Shown: piece by piece, positions 1 through 12,709 of the stretch
Layout of the letters: the number at the start of each line of letters is the position of its first letter
Numbering within the stretch: the first letter of the stretch is position 1
Source of the DNA: Octopus vulgaris
Taxonomy: Eukaryota
Direction: 5' to 3'
Assembly (NCBI GenBank): GCA_951406725.2
Contig: OX597839.1
Location: 30,256,001 to 30,320,000 of the forward strand
DNA: 64,000 nt
Translations under genes and position numbers: made by a program
Notes under the pieces: generated by a model
What the model saw: the letters and a program-made list of their open reading frames with translations, nothing else
What the model was told of the DNA's origin: nothing
The model's database searches: none

Positions 1-1649
1 GTTTGCAGAAATATGTTGGCTAAACTCTTTTTTTCCTTACCACAATAATGCAGAAGCTACGATTTATTCACAGTTGTTGTGTTGAACAGAATCAACTGCT
101 TGAACTTTCAATGAAAACAGATTTATGAATTGGTGACCATCTCTATTGAATGTTTTTACTAAAAAAAAACATTGGTCTTTAATCCCAAACCTAGACGAAC
201 TAAGTATCATGTTTGAAAATATAATACTGTGTACACCGAGATTTGAATCCACGATCTAAGGCTAGAATACTCCAATACAGATATCCATTTGGCCGTTATA
301 CTTCTATATAGCAACGGGGATGGAGACGAAAAATGGTTGCTTTCCCCTCATCTTAGATAGAGGAGATGTTGCGAGGGTCATACTTTTCATATGAACATTA
401 AAAGACATAAGTAAATTATACGTAAAGGCCTAGCAGACCAGCCAGGAGCACAAACTGCCACATCAACGACCAAGGCTTTCATGTACTTCGTAGGCATTAG
501 AGATACATTTGACGAAGAACCATCGTTTGTACAGCTGAGCAGAAAACTGATTGTTTGATTATTGCTCTTCAATCTCGACAAATCTTATGTCCAAACGCAC
601 TCCAGTTTTGACTATCCTGTCTTTTTCAGGCAGTTTATTTAGTGCCACATCAGCGAACGTATCCTTTCTAAATGTTTATATGGATGTGATTAAATGAAAA
701 TGTTGGCTGCTATTTCTAGCAGGTCGAACGACCATGCATTGACTTTGTTTTTTCGAGGGACTTTATTTAATCGACCATGGAAGAGCATAAAAAGTGAACT
801 TCAGATACAATTAATAATAATGGTTAATTATTACTGGCTGCACAAATGAAGTAATGTGGTGTTCATGCCTTTCCGAAGGAGATCATCATCGTTAAGTGAA
901 GCAGGTTTTCCCTCGGCCACTGTCCATGCCTTGTTAAGACCCTGGTCAGGGTTTTCACTGGACAAATCGACTTCAACTGTTCTTCCTGTCATCCAAGGAA
1001 GATTATCTTATGGAATCTATCCGTCCCCTATGTCCTTCTTTATTTCAGAAGGTTAGCTCTGATTGAAGCTAAACAACAGAGCCATCTTTAGCAAGTTGAA
1101 GGACAATTTAAAGGTGAGAAGAAGGTATAGCCCAGTATATCACTGGTATTATTTATTTGACCCGGGAAAGATGAAAGGCTAACTTTACAGTATATCACTA
1201 ACAACAATAATAATTCGCAACAATAACTAATTTCTAATAAATAATAAATATAATCATTAAAGGAAGATCTTCGCCAAAACATTTGGGCGCCCATCGTCGA
1301 CTCTGCCCCCTTTACGTCTCCCCCTTTCTCTCTCTCCATTACCTTTATCCTCCTCCTCCTTCTCTTCTAATACCTACTTCCTCCCCTTCACTCTCTATCT
1401 TTCGCTCATACGTCCTCCCTCTCCTCCTCACTATTATACACACATACTCTATACACACCTCTCTTCCATATACACACCTCTCTATACACACTTCCCACTC
1501 TATCTCATGTCCTCCTCTCTCTCTATTCTGCACTTGAGTTATTTCTCTTCCTTCTCTCTCTCTCTTTTGCACTCTTACCAAACACAATATCTTACGCACA
1601 TTCCTATTTCTTAGCCATTATCCACTCTCTCTCTCTACTCAATTCAACA

Positions 1650-2915
1650 ACTATACACTCGTTTATTCACTCCAGCACCTTCATCTTATTCTTCGACTTT
1701 TGGTCGTCAACACAACCACATTTAAGACTGAATGTTGTCAGCACACACAACACCACCAAACCAACACACACAAATAACAACTATTCTTCCCTCCTTCCTT
1801 CCTTTTTACTAAACGACAGCAGAAGTCGATTTATTACAACTCTAAACCATTTCTAATAACTTTAACTATTATTATTACTTTTACCAATTAATATTAACAG
1901 TCGATTTACCAACAGCTTGAAGATAAAATGTGAAAGAGAAGGCGTGGACCAATTTATTAGGTGCAAACAACACACCACACACATATACAGACCTGTGTGT
2001 ATATATATATATACATGTGTCTGTGTGTGTGTATATATATGTGCGCGCCCTGTATTGGTTAAGTTTGAGAAGCCATCAATTAAGAAGTGGGGGAAAGAAA
2101 ATGTGGAAGAAAAACGAAGTAGGGGAGAAGAAAAGTAAATGAGAAAAGTGTTTAATAAAGAAGCTAAAAGGGGAAGAGCAGAGGACGGACGGAGAAAAAG
2201 TGTGAGGTGAGGTTTATCTGTGAGTCTATCGATAAGAAGAGAGGGGGAAAGAAAAAGCTTAGCCATTTGTCGGGGGTGAGAGTTGTTTAAGTAAGAGGCA
2301 AGAGAAAAAAGATTGAAAGCAAATCTGTGATAAGAAGACCATTCGAAGAGGTAGTAATACAATAATAACGAGAAGAAGAAGAAGGCGGCTAGTAATATTG
2401 ATAATAATAATAATATTAGTGATACCAGTGGCACGGTCGTCACTCGATTCTCTCTGCCGACAACAGGAACCAGCACACCGACACCGTATTGCAGCAACGA
2501 CCATCATCAGTATTTCACCAATAATAATAATGATTTAAAGGTTGCTGTGGTGAATGGTGGTGGCACGTTGTTTAGAAGGAAGCTAACCACATTTATAAAG
2601 CAACTAACCCCATAAAACCCCCCCACAAAACATTAATCTAGATCTTCCCTCCATCTCTTTCTGAAAGGCTTCCTTTGTCGTTTCTACCTTTTTTATTTTT
2701 TTTTCGAATAAGACAGAAATTTCTAATTGGGAAAGAGAAAAAAAAAACAAAAGCAAAGCAACACCACATCTCTACTAATATCACCAGTACCACCACCACC
2801 ACCACCACGAATATTATAACAGCAATACTAGTTCCAAAAGCAGCAGCACCACTACTAATACACCAGCAGCAGTAATAATACCAACAGCAACAACCACAAC
2901 AGTAACATCAACAAG
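1650..2915 (+). promoter_or_regulatory. Probable promoter / 5' UTR region of the LPCAT3-like gene
   Basis: Transposon-poor, visibly richer in CpG than the intron, with AAC/ACC/AAT/CAG triplet runs directly upstream of the ATG. Transcription start not determinable. Confidence 0.4.
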
Positions 2916-3048
2916 ATGTCTGTAAGTGATGGTGGAACCTGGGCCAAAGTGTCGGAGGTTTTCCGAGGGGACAGTGCCGTCAAAGCCCTGGCCAGTGGAG
3001 TCGGAGTCCCGGATGATTCCGTGCGGATGTTTCTATCACTTTTGGCTG
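2916..3048 (+). CDS. LPCAT3: LPCAT3/MBOAT5-like lysophospholipid acyltransferase, first coding exon (MSVSDGGTWAKVSEVFRGDSAVKALASGVGVPDDSVRMFLSLLA-G)
   Basis: ATG at 2916 (AAGATG, A at -3), in-frame TAA upstream at 2856-2858, donor G|gtaagt at 3049. Phase 1 joins exon 2 to give LLAGYPLA, like the LPCAT3 N-terminal 'ALRLIISIFLGYP' segment (recalled). Confidence 0.85.
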
Positions 3049-3185
3049 GTAAGTGCACACAATCCACCTTCTTTTAATCTACCTTGTTTTTCTATTATGT
3101 GTGTGCGTATATATATATATATACACACGCACACATACATACATGTCTTTTCTATACTTTCTTTTGTCTATCAATACATTCTTAT

Positions 3186-3223
<38 letters not shown>

Positions 3224-4659
3224 TTGCATGCACTTAAGTACGTATTCTATGTATATATCCAATGTATATTGCGTGTGTGTATATATATAAGATATGGATG
3301 TATGTCTTGGTTCGCACGTTGGAATTTACGACCAAGAGAGGGGCTTAACCCAATACCGAAGTGTAATTATTATTTCAGTCGGTTCCTGTTGCTCGACTTT
3401 TGCCAGTCTCCTCTCTGGTCACCAGAATCAGATGAATGTCAGCATTATAATAAATACATTCATTTATTTATTGTGGTGGATACACGAGGTTTCTCGCACA
3501 CTGAGGTTGCGACAACTCGACCCTAATATGTTCTTATTTAGCTCCATGTTAGCCCTGGTGAAGCATACCTATGGCAAAGACATTCCAAGAATGACCGTCC
3601 TGACTTTTCTTTATATCAAGGACTGACATCGGGAAAAAAAAAAGAATGGCAAAGCCGACCCCAGTTCGAAACTCGGAAACTTTGGGCACCAAACCGTTGG
3701 CGCCCATCGTCCTCTTGTAGAGCAGATAACATTGCTCGACAGGTTATCAGTGTTGGCCGACAATAGAAACAATTTACTAACATTATTGCATTCATGTTTT
3801 TATTGTAGAGCAACACAAATAAAACCGAGCTGGCGGCAACATGTTGCTTGTGCTAAACACTTCGTCTCCGTCTGCTGGGAAACGAAATCATTTCAGCGCC
3901 TAATCTTTGGGTCGCCTGCAACATTTGGACCCCTAAACCTTCGTAAGGAGCAGAAACTTTGAACATTTACATGCCCATTCCTGATTGACATGCTAAATCG
4001 AAACATATGCATATAATACAGTAAATAAATAAATGTGTGTGTGTATATATTATATATATATATACACACATACATACACACACACACACATTTATAAAGA
4101 GGGAGACTGTAGTTCGCTTGACCCGCTCGGAGTAATTGTTAAATCTCCCTTAAAACCACACCTTACCATCTTTAAAAATGGGGCTCATTGGATAATGTAG
4201 CCATAGATAATACTGTCTGAACACAGGACCAGGTGACACACATCTGAGTTGAGGGTTACGCACAACCTGTCTATATTTTCTCTCTGCTTGTGGACTCAAG
4301 AGGATGTCCATATTTTCCTGGTTACCTCCAACTTCGTAGTTCTCTTGTCATTGTACATGTTTGCCAGAGACAAGATTTTCAGCTGCCACTGGGTCAGTAT
4401 GCTTGGTACTTATCTCAAAAATGTGTATAAAAACATATTACCCCATTTGGTGTAGAGGGATATATATAATCAACCGAACCTGATCACTGGTTTATTTACT
4501 CGACTTATTTTAATGACTAGGGAGATGAGAGAAACATTCCCGGACAATTCGATGCCCCTCCCAAGAAAAGGAGCAATGGTATTTACAATTAAGAAGATTG
4601 AATTTGGGGGTAGCAAGTGACAGATTTGTAGGGTAATTTGAGCTTTTGATGTTGTAGAG

Positions 4660-4892
4660 CAGTTCACAACCGGGCTCTACATGTCCCTTGAAGGTTCATA
4701 CGAAATTTCGTTAAAATTTATATGCAGAAAATTGCTTTTCTACAATAACAAAATATTTTAACAATATCTTTATGCAATTCCTAATAATTTTTAATTATAA
4801 AAAATTTCAAAACATCGAATGGCTATGGGTGTCCAGTAGAGAAAAATAGGAATCAAAGGGGTTTGTAGGTTAAAAATGGTTGAGGTTCACTG
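4660..4892 (+). mobile_element. hAT (Charlie-like) MITE, degraded copy
   Basis: Ends cagttcacaac...ttgaggttcactg; 8-bp TSD ttgtagag/ctgtagag (7/8); internal sequence matches the 41929-42285 element. Confidence 0.75.
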
Positions 4893-5110
4893 CTGTAGAG
4901 TATTATTAATTGGACCCAAATAATGTGTGATAACAGTTAAAATGGCTTTATTCACATTCGTTGGTCAATAAATCAATGAAGCTGTGAGGAGGTAGGTTTG
5001 ACCAGCATAAAATGTACATAGGATATTAGGCTTTAGTTTGAAAATATTCTGTGTTTGTATATGTCAGTATGCGAAGAGGCGTTAAATGAAATAATTATAT
5101 ATATATATAT

Positions 5111-5915
5111 CATCATCATCATCGTTTAACGTCCGCTTTCCATGCTAGCATGGGTTGGACGGATCAACTGGGGTCTGGGGAGCCCGAAGGCTGCACCAGG
5201 CCAGTCAGATCTGGCAGTGTTTCTACAGCTGGATGCCCTTCCTAATGCCAACCACTCCGAGAGTGTTGTGGGTGATTTTATGTGCCACCGACACAGGTGC
5301 CAGACGAGGCTGGCGAACGGCCACAATCGGATGGTGTTTGTTACGTGCCCACAGCACGGAGGCCAGTCGATGCGGTACTGGCTACGGCCACGTTCGGATG
5401 GTTTTCTTATGTGCCACCGGCACTGGTACCACAAAGATACAAATTCCATTGATGTTCATCTATTTTGATTTGGTTTGATTTTCACTTGCCTCAACAACAG
5501 GTTTTCACAAGTGTCACAAGAAGGAAGGTATGCACAGGTGGACTGACTACGTCCCAGGTAGGGGCCACGGGTTATGGCCTCACTAGTCTTGCTGGGTCTT
5601 CTCACGCACAGCATACTTCCATAGGTCTCGGTCTCTAGTCATTTCCTTCGTGAGACCTAAAGTTCGAAGGTCGTGCTTCACCACCTCGTCCCAGGTTTTC
5701 CTGGGTCTACCTCTTCCACAGGTTCCCTCAACTGCTAGGGTGTAGCACTTTTGCACACAACTATCTTCAGCCATTCTCGTCACATGACCATACCAGCGCA
5801 GCCGTCTCTCTTGCACACCACAACTGATGCTTCTTAGGTTCAACTTTTCTCTCAAGGTACTTACACTCTGTCGATCATGAACACTGACATTACACATCCA
5901 TCGGAGCATAGCATG
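5111..5915 (-). mobile_element. RTE-clade LINE, 5'-truncated (ORF C-terminus, 3' UTR, (TGA)n tail)
   Basis: Minus ORF ...RRLRWYGHVTRM...GRGRPRKTWDEVV...DRDLWK; 3' end with CCATGCTAGCATGG palindrome and (CAT)n on +. Confidence 0.9.
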
Positions 5916-6063
5916 CATATGTGTATTTATATATATATATATATATATATATAGCATGCATATGTGTATTTATATATATATATATATATATATATAGCAT
6001 GCATATATGTATATATGTGTATATACATATATATATATGTGTATATATGTATATATATATGTG

Positions 6064-6102
<39 letters not shown>

Positions 6103-6309
6103 TTATCTTACTATTTTTATTTGTTGTTACTACGTTTATTCATACACTGTTACGAAAATTTAACCTTTTAGCCTACTTTCAAGCCTTCGCCATAACTTGA
6201 TTTATCTTTCCTATCTCTCTCTCTACAAAATTTAACCTTAGGCTGCCTCAAGCCGTAATCCCATCTCTTCCCATCTTTCCGCCAGTGGCGGTGCGCCCGC
6301 CCCCCACCC

Positions 6310-6450
6310 CCACCACCAATACCGATGAACATTGTTCTCACCCCCACCACCAATACCGGTGAACACTGTTCTCACCGCCACCACCACCAATACCGGTGAA
6401 CACTGTTCTCACCCCCCACCACCAATACCAGTATACCCAGTTCTCACCAT
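6310..6450. repeat. Short minisatellite, about 4 degenerate copies of a 30-33 bp unit (caccaccaataccggtgaacactgttctcacc)
   Basis: Unit read directly from the sequence. Confidence 0.8.
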
Positions 6451-6900
6451 CTACACCGGATACGCCTTACTCATCTACACCGGGTACGCCCTACTCCCTC
6501 CTCCTCCCCCACTACCCCTTCTCCTCATATGCTTTCACTGTGAAAAGACAAGCTGCTAGCGCCATAGCTCATCAACTGCCCACCGATCTTACGCTTCCTC
6601 CTGACACTGCCTCATTCCGACCATCCCCTTTAGTACCCTCCCGCCTCGTAATATCCTACGTTTTTATTTCTTAGGAACCTACACCAACCCTTCCTGCCAT
6701 CGTTCCTCCTTACCCCAACCTTCCCACTGGTTGCTCCCCTATATTACCCGCCTCAACTGGACCCCCCCTCCCCAACTCAACTCTAGAATATCTGTATTTC
6801 TTTCCTCTACCTAATTACGTTACTCAGTGACGATAAATGCTGTGACTACAAAGACCCGGGCTGCTTTCTGCAGCAATTCCACATACCCCCTACCCATTCT

Positions 6901-6965
6901 AAGTACCCCGGATCCCCAAAGTACCCTGGATCCCCAAAGTACCCCGATCCCCAAAGTACCCCGGA
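6901..6965. repeat. Tandem repeat, 3-4 copies of a 17-19 bp unit (aagtacccc..gatcccca)
   Basis: Read directly from the sequence. Confidence 0.8.
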
Positions 6966-7517
6966 CCTCGTTGCCCCCGTGCCGCTGACACGTTAAAATG
7001 CTCGAACCGATCGTGACGATGCCGGACCCTCCGGCCCCTGTGCAGGTGGCACGTAAAAAGCACCCAATCCACTCACGGAGTGGTTGGCGTTAGGAAGGGC
7101 ATCCAGCCGTAGAAACTCTGCCAGATTCAGACTGGAGCCTGGTGCGGCCCCTGGCTTCCCAGACCCGGTCAAACCGTCCAACCCGTGCTAGCGCGGAAAG
7201 CGGACGTTAAACGATGATGATGATGATGATATATATATATATACACACACCAGCTCGACTGGCTTCCGTGCCGGTGGCACGTAAAATGCACCAATCCGAC
7301 CGTGGCTGTTGCCAACCTCACCTGGCACCTGTGCAGGTGGCACGTAAAAAGCACCCACTACACTCACAGAGTGGTTGGCGTTAGGAAGGGCATCCAGCTG
7401 TAGAAACATTGCCAGATAAGACTGGAGCCTGGTGCAGCCTTCTGGCTTCCCAGATCCCCGGTCGAACCATCCAACCCATGCTAGCATGGAGAACAGACGT
7501 TAAACGATGATGATGAT
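6965..7517 (+). mobile_element. Two tandem RTE 3'-end copies, each ending in (GAT)n
   Basis: Both carry gtggttggcgttaggaagggcatccag...gacgttaaacgatgatgat; reverse complement of 5111-5300. Confidence 0.85.
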
Positions 7518-8345
7518 ATAAGATGCACCAAGTGTAAGCTATGGACACATAAGAGGTGCAGCAATGTCAAAGGAAGGCAAACTGGGAAGATAGTTTTTGT
7601 ATGTGGCAGATGCTCAGGAGCAATAAACACTGAAAATGCGCAGAGAGCAACTTCCGCCACATTCCAGGGAGAAAAACTAGAAGTAGTTGATAGCTTCCGT
7701 TACCTAGGTGACTAAGTCAGTAGTGGGGGATGGTTGTGTTGAAAGTGTAACTGCTAGAGTAAGAATAGCCTGGGCAAAATTCAGAGAGCTTTTACCTCTG
7801 CTGGTGACAAAAGGCCTCTTGCTCAGAGTAAAAGGCAGACTGTATGACGCATGTGTACGAACAGCCATGCTACATGGCAGTGAAACATGGGCCGTGACTG
7901 CTGAGGATATGCGTAAGCTCGCAAGAAATGAAGCCTATGCTCTGATGGATGTGTAATGTCAGTGTTCATACTCGACAGAGTGTAAGTACATTGAGAGAAA
8001 AGTTGGACCTAAGAAGCATCAGTTGTGGTGTGCAAGAGAGACATTTGCGCTGGTATGGTCATGTACTGTGGATGAATGAGGAGAGATGTGTGAAGAAGTG
8101 CCACTCCCAAACAATGAAGGAATCCGGGGTAGAGGTAGATCCAGGAAGACATGGGATGAGGTGGTCAAGCGTGACCTTTGAATGTTGGGCCTCACAGACG
8201 CAATGATGAAATCTCGAGATCTCTGGAGATATGCTGTGACTGCGAAGACCCGACAAGGTGAGGGTTGGTGATGAAAGGACATCCAAATGTAGCATGTCTT
8301 CAATAAACTCTGATGCAAACAGGGGAAAGTGAACATTAAATGAAT
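7518..8345 (+). mobile_element. RTE LINE fragment (PHD-like finger, FRYLG motif, C-terminal LRWYGHV/GRSRKTW)
   Basis: Translates IRCTKCKLWTHKRC...VCGRC...FRYLG*...RVKGRLYDACVRTAMLHGSETW...LRWYGHV with stops and frameshifts. Confidence 0.9.
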
Positions 8346-8346
8346 G

Positions 8347-8380
<34 letters not shown>

Positions 8381-9099
8381 ATGTGTTTTGGAACGGTGAA
8401 TCTGGCAGTGGATAAAGCTACGAATTAATAAGATGTAAATATTGGGTTAAAAACAAGTTTTGGATAGAAAAAGTCAAAGGTTGTCTTTCTAAGTGCCAAT
8501 ATTTGCTGTCTTTCTGTCTAAACCAATATTTACACAATATTATTTTGTAGCTTTATCTACTTCAAGCTCCACCATTAAAAATGAATTGTTTTATGTCTCT
8601 CAGTTTCTAAATTCTTATAATATAAGCAATATATATAAATATATATGAATGTAAGGTCCTTCTTGCTGAGGAATGTACCACCCAAAATAGGTTATTGGTT
8701 AGTGATTTCCGATTTAGAACCAAAAAAGACTCAGAGATGCAAATAAATTTGGAAAAAGAAATTATGAAAGCTGAAAGATTCAGTGAATGGTGAGAAATTT
8801 CAAGAAATACCATTTGAAGCATTTAACAAGAAAGAGAAAGAGGAGGAGGTGATATAACGTAGAGGAGAACTGGAAATTCCTTTGGGACAACTTGTTGAAG
8901 GTGGTGGACCAAATATGGAACTATTTCAAAGTTCCAGTCAGATCAAGGGTAATATAGTGGTGTAACAGTGAAGAGACAGACTTGGAAGGATTGGATGAGT
9001 GGTGGGGTTAGCCGAGAAATCTGACCCTGGCTAGAAGAGAAGTTTGGTAATGAGTCAATAAGTGAGGGGAGAAGCAACATGGAAGGGGTTTGCCAAAGT

Positions 9100-10380
9100 T
9101 CTACAGCTTGAGGTGTTCTGGATTGCAAGACAGTGTGTCAGAGAAAATCAAGATGTTGTGGGAGCAAAGCGTGTACAGATGGGACAATGGTACGTTTGTA
9201 TTTGGTGATTCTGAAAGGGAAAATGCATGAAAGACTACTGAATGTGGAGAACGCATGGAAGCAGAAAAGTCTTTCTAATATAGAACCAACAGAAGGATCA
9301 GCTATCCAAGTTGACAAAGTATAATAAAGTAATTAAGGATATGAAAGCAGGGAAAGCCACCTGGGCCATCAGATGCTTGAAATATCTGGTGGAGGGGACG
9401 TGGCTTAGTCACGGGTACAGTTAATCAGGTTGTGCAGGAAGGTCCCATACTCAAGGACTGGTGTAGCAGCATCATAGTCAGCTGTTAGAGGTAACAAAGG
9501 TAAAAGAAATACCTTGGAGAGAAGTAATTACAGAGGTATCAAATTTCTGGATCAGGTCATGAAACTTAGAGAAAGGGTTAAAGCCAGCCTAACTAATTAG
9601 GAAGAGAATTAACCTAAATGAGATGCAGACTGGTTTTGTGCCAGGGAGAAATACTATTGATACTCTCTTTGAAAATAAACTGCAGGAGAAGTATTTAGCC
9701 CTAAATACACAGCTGTACTTGGCATTTGTTGACCTGGAGAAAGCCTTTGACAGGGTTCCTTGTTGTCTTGTATGGTGAATGTTGTGAAAGCTATGGGTAG
9801 ACGAATGGCTGGTGAGGGCTGCCTAAGACATGTACAAGGATATTTATTTCTTTATTGCCCATAGGGGACTAAACATAGAGGGGACAGACAAAGGGATTAA
9901 GTTGATTACATTGGCCCCAGTGTATAACTTGTACTTATTTAATCGACCCCAAAAGGATGAAAGGCAAAGTCGACCTCGGTGGAATTTGAACTCAGAGCGT
10001 AAAGATAGACGAAATACTGCTAAACATTTCACCCGGTGTGCTAATGTTTCTGCCAGCTTACCTTCTTGTACAAGGATATTGTCAGTAAGGTGACAGCAAT
10101 GAATATAGCAATGAATTTAGTGTGCTGGTAGGAGTTCACAAGGGCTCAGTTCTCAGACCCATACTATTCATCAGTCCTCCAGGTGATACCAGATGAATTT
10201 AAAACTGGTTTCTTTTGGAAATTTCTATATGCTAATGACCTGGTTTGCATTGCGAAATCTGTAGTAGAAATAGAAAAGGAATTCCATGCCAGATTGGAGC
10301 CTGGTGCAGCCATCTGTCTCACCAGTCCTCAGTCAAATCGTGCTAGCATGGAAAACGAACGTTAAATGATGATGATGATC
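9100..10380 (+). mobile_element. Degraded RTE reverse-transcriptase region interrupted by a SINE
   Basis: NYRGIK, MQTGFVPG, LYLAFVDLEKAFDRVP, GVHKGSVL and LYANDL motifs recognisable across frames. Confidence 0.85.
9845..10066 (-). mobile_element. SINE family B nested in the RTE fragment with a 14-bp TSD
   Basis: TGTACAAGGATATT at 9831-9844 and 10067-10080; B-box-like GAGTTCAAATTCC on minus strand. Confidence 0.9.
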
Positions 10381-10539
10381 CACAGTCACATCATGTACAC
10401 CAAATAGAATTCCTACCTCTTCCTGTTTTTCCTACTGAGCACAACCATTTCTCTGATGGTAGGTGTCCTGTCTTTTTTCTACTTAGTAAAACTTTGGCCT
10501 TTGTAAAGTTTACTGTGATGCCACTGAATTTTAAGAAAA

Positions 10540-11030
10540 ATCTAGGTCATGAGCATATAGGAATTCTAATGGACAGCCTCTCTTAGATGCCTGTTATAGC
10601 TTGAAGAACTTTAATAAACAGGAGTGGTCAAAACACTTAATTGCACTGTAAACTCATCACTGAACTCCTTGCCAATTCTCTTCACTCTACCAACTGCACA
10701 GCTCTCCCCAGCCTTTCCTCTACACCTAGTTTTCTTGAAGACCAGCAGACTACAGATAACGCTACTCTATCAAAGGCTTTCTCCAAATCAATAAATGTTT
10801 GGTAAAGAAGTATATTCTTAGCTTCACATTTCTCTTGCAGTTGTCTCTCTATGGAAACAATATAAGTAGTATCATGGCCTTGTACAAATCTGAACTGCAT
10901 CTCATCTGACCTGATTTGCTCTCTGCTAATACCGTTTTGTTATTATCAGAACTTGGTCTATATGTTTAATACTCATTTAGTTGTTTCTTTCCAAAGCAAC
11001 TCCTTTGCCTTTGCGGCAGTTGAAAACTAG
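10540..11030 (-). mobile_element. Degraded RTE reverse-transcriptase fragment
   Basis: ORF MQFRFVQG...RQLQEKC...FIDLEKAFDRV...RKLGVEE. Confidence 0.85.
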
Positions 11031-11616
11031 ACCACAGTGCCTGTCGTTGGATATCACACCTCACTAGTATCATATCCAATAACTTTAGACCAAAACCTCA
11101 CAGCATTGTATTTCAATGATGACATTGAATTATCAAAAGGTTTCATTCATTCATTCTTACATTGTTGTTGTTATACATTTATAAGAAAAAAGGGCCACAG
11201 AGAGACAAGCTCTGATTGTGATTACCACTTTGGCCCCACGTGCTTCACCACCAATTTTCAAAAGGTGTTTTCCCTTGGTTATTAAAGGAGCTGCTCGTTA
11301 TGCTCCCCCTTGCTGATAGCATGAATTACCCTTTTTTCCCCATTTTTGGCAACCTCTGTGTTGAATGCCCACTTTCTTTTTCTCCTTCTCCAGTAGGTAT
11401 TTCTTCCTCTTTTCACACTTCCTAAATGTCCCTCTTTATCCTTGAGCCTTCTTTTCCTTTCTCTCTCCCTTTCTTTCCTGACTGAGGGGGCATCAATTCA
11501 CCCCACCCCCCTCTACAGTGTCCAAACAACCTAGCTTCAGCACTGATGACTTATATTTCTCAACTATAACTATTCTGTCATTAACCAATTCCTTATTATT
11601 AAATTAGCCACAGTTG

Positions 11617-11790
11617 AGGCAGTGAGCTGGGGCAGAAGCATTAGCATGATGCCCAAAATGCTTGGCAGCATGTCGTCCAATGTCATTATGTTCTGAATTC
11701 AAATTCTACCGAGGCTGACTTTGCCTTTTATCCTTTCAGGGTTGATGTAATCGACTGACCCCCTTTCTCCAAATTGCTGGCCTTGTGTCT
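11617..11790 (+). mobile_element. SINE family B (further copies near 18570-18762 -, 25905-26095 +, 26583-26780 +, 44705-44860 +, 45322-45530 +, 56548-56728 +, 57765-57930 -, 62525-62625 +)
   Basis: Shared gagctggcagaa...ttctgagttcaaatt...gactttgcctttcatcctttc.gggt.gataaa.taagtaccag across copies. Confidence 0.8.
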
Positions 11791-12118
11791 GTGAGAAAGG
11801 GTTATTAATTAGCTGCAGTGATTAACTTACTACCACATCCTTGGTCCTTGGAGTCACTCTAACAATTAGTTGCATAGATCAATATTGATTCATTGATACA
11901 TATTGATCTCCCTCCTACCTACTCATATAAGCTATTTTGTTGAAAAGCAACAGATAATCTCACATTCAGTTATCTCTACTTGAGATCAACTTCTAATCTA
12001 CTCCATCAGTTAGAGCTAACCTTCAAGAGTTCAAAATACACCCTGCTCATATCCTTTGGGTGGCAGTGGTTCCTGGGCTTAAAATCAACTTTTTGATAAT
12101 CTGTGTATATATTCTGTG

Positions 12119-12390
12119 AAGGTGTGTGGCCTCGTGGTTAGAGATTTACACTCAGGATCAGGATGCAGTTGTGAGTTTGATTCCTGGACTGAGTTGTGCA
12201 TTGTATTCTTGAGCGAAACGTTTCTTTTCACATTGCTTCAGTTGACTCAGCTGTAAGTGGGTGATGGTCTAGCTTCTGTGGGTAGGGGATGATAATGTTG
12301 GCTGCCATCATTTGAAAGCTAACATGATGCAACACGCATTGTGACTAGTGATGTATAACAACATCGGATGGTCTAGTCAATCATGATGTG
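12119..12390 (+). mobile_element. tRNA-derived SINE family C (further copies near 19460-19750 -, 39588-39900 +, 43670-43997 +)
   Basis: A-box-like TGGC..GTGG and B-box-like GAGTT..ATTCC, then gt.tccttga...agacact in several copies. Confidence 0.7.
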
Positions 12391-12667
12391 TATATTTTAC
12401 TAGCAGCAATTCCCATCCTTGTGTAGGGTTTTAGAAAATGTCAGGAAAACTTACATAATCTAGGATCTTCTCCTTGGACGGATGTACCCTTGTCCAAAAT
12501 TTCAAGTAGCTTGCTGCAAAACTGTGACCTTCAGAAACAAGTATAACATAGATATTCACTTTTATATTTTAAGATTATATGAACAACTAAACACAAAAAT
12601 AAGGCCAATAATTTACATTCTTGGCATTCAAACTGATAACTAATCCACCAGAGACACCACCATTAAC

Positions 12668-12709
<42 letters not shown>

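Noticed and set aside
1862-2507. Minus-strand ORFs of 211 aa and 82 aa as a divergent gene
   Set aside because: Low-complexity translations of triplet and dinucleotide runs in the probable 5' UTR/promoter; no recognisable domain or splice structure.
2926-3626. Plus-strand ORFs overlapping exon 1 and the intron start
   Set aside because: Wrong frame for the conserved protein and extended by (TA)n/(CA)n repeats.
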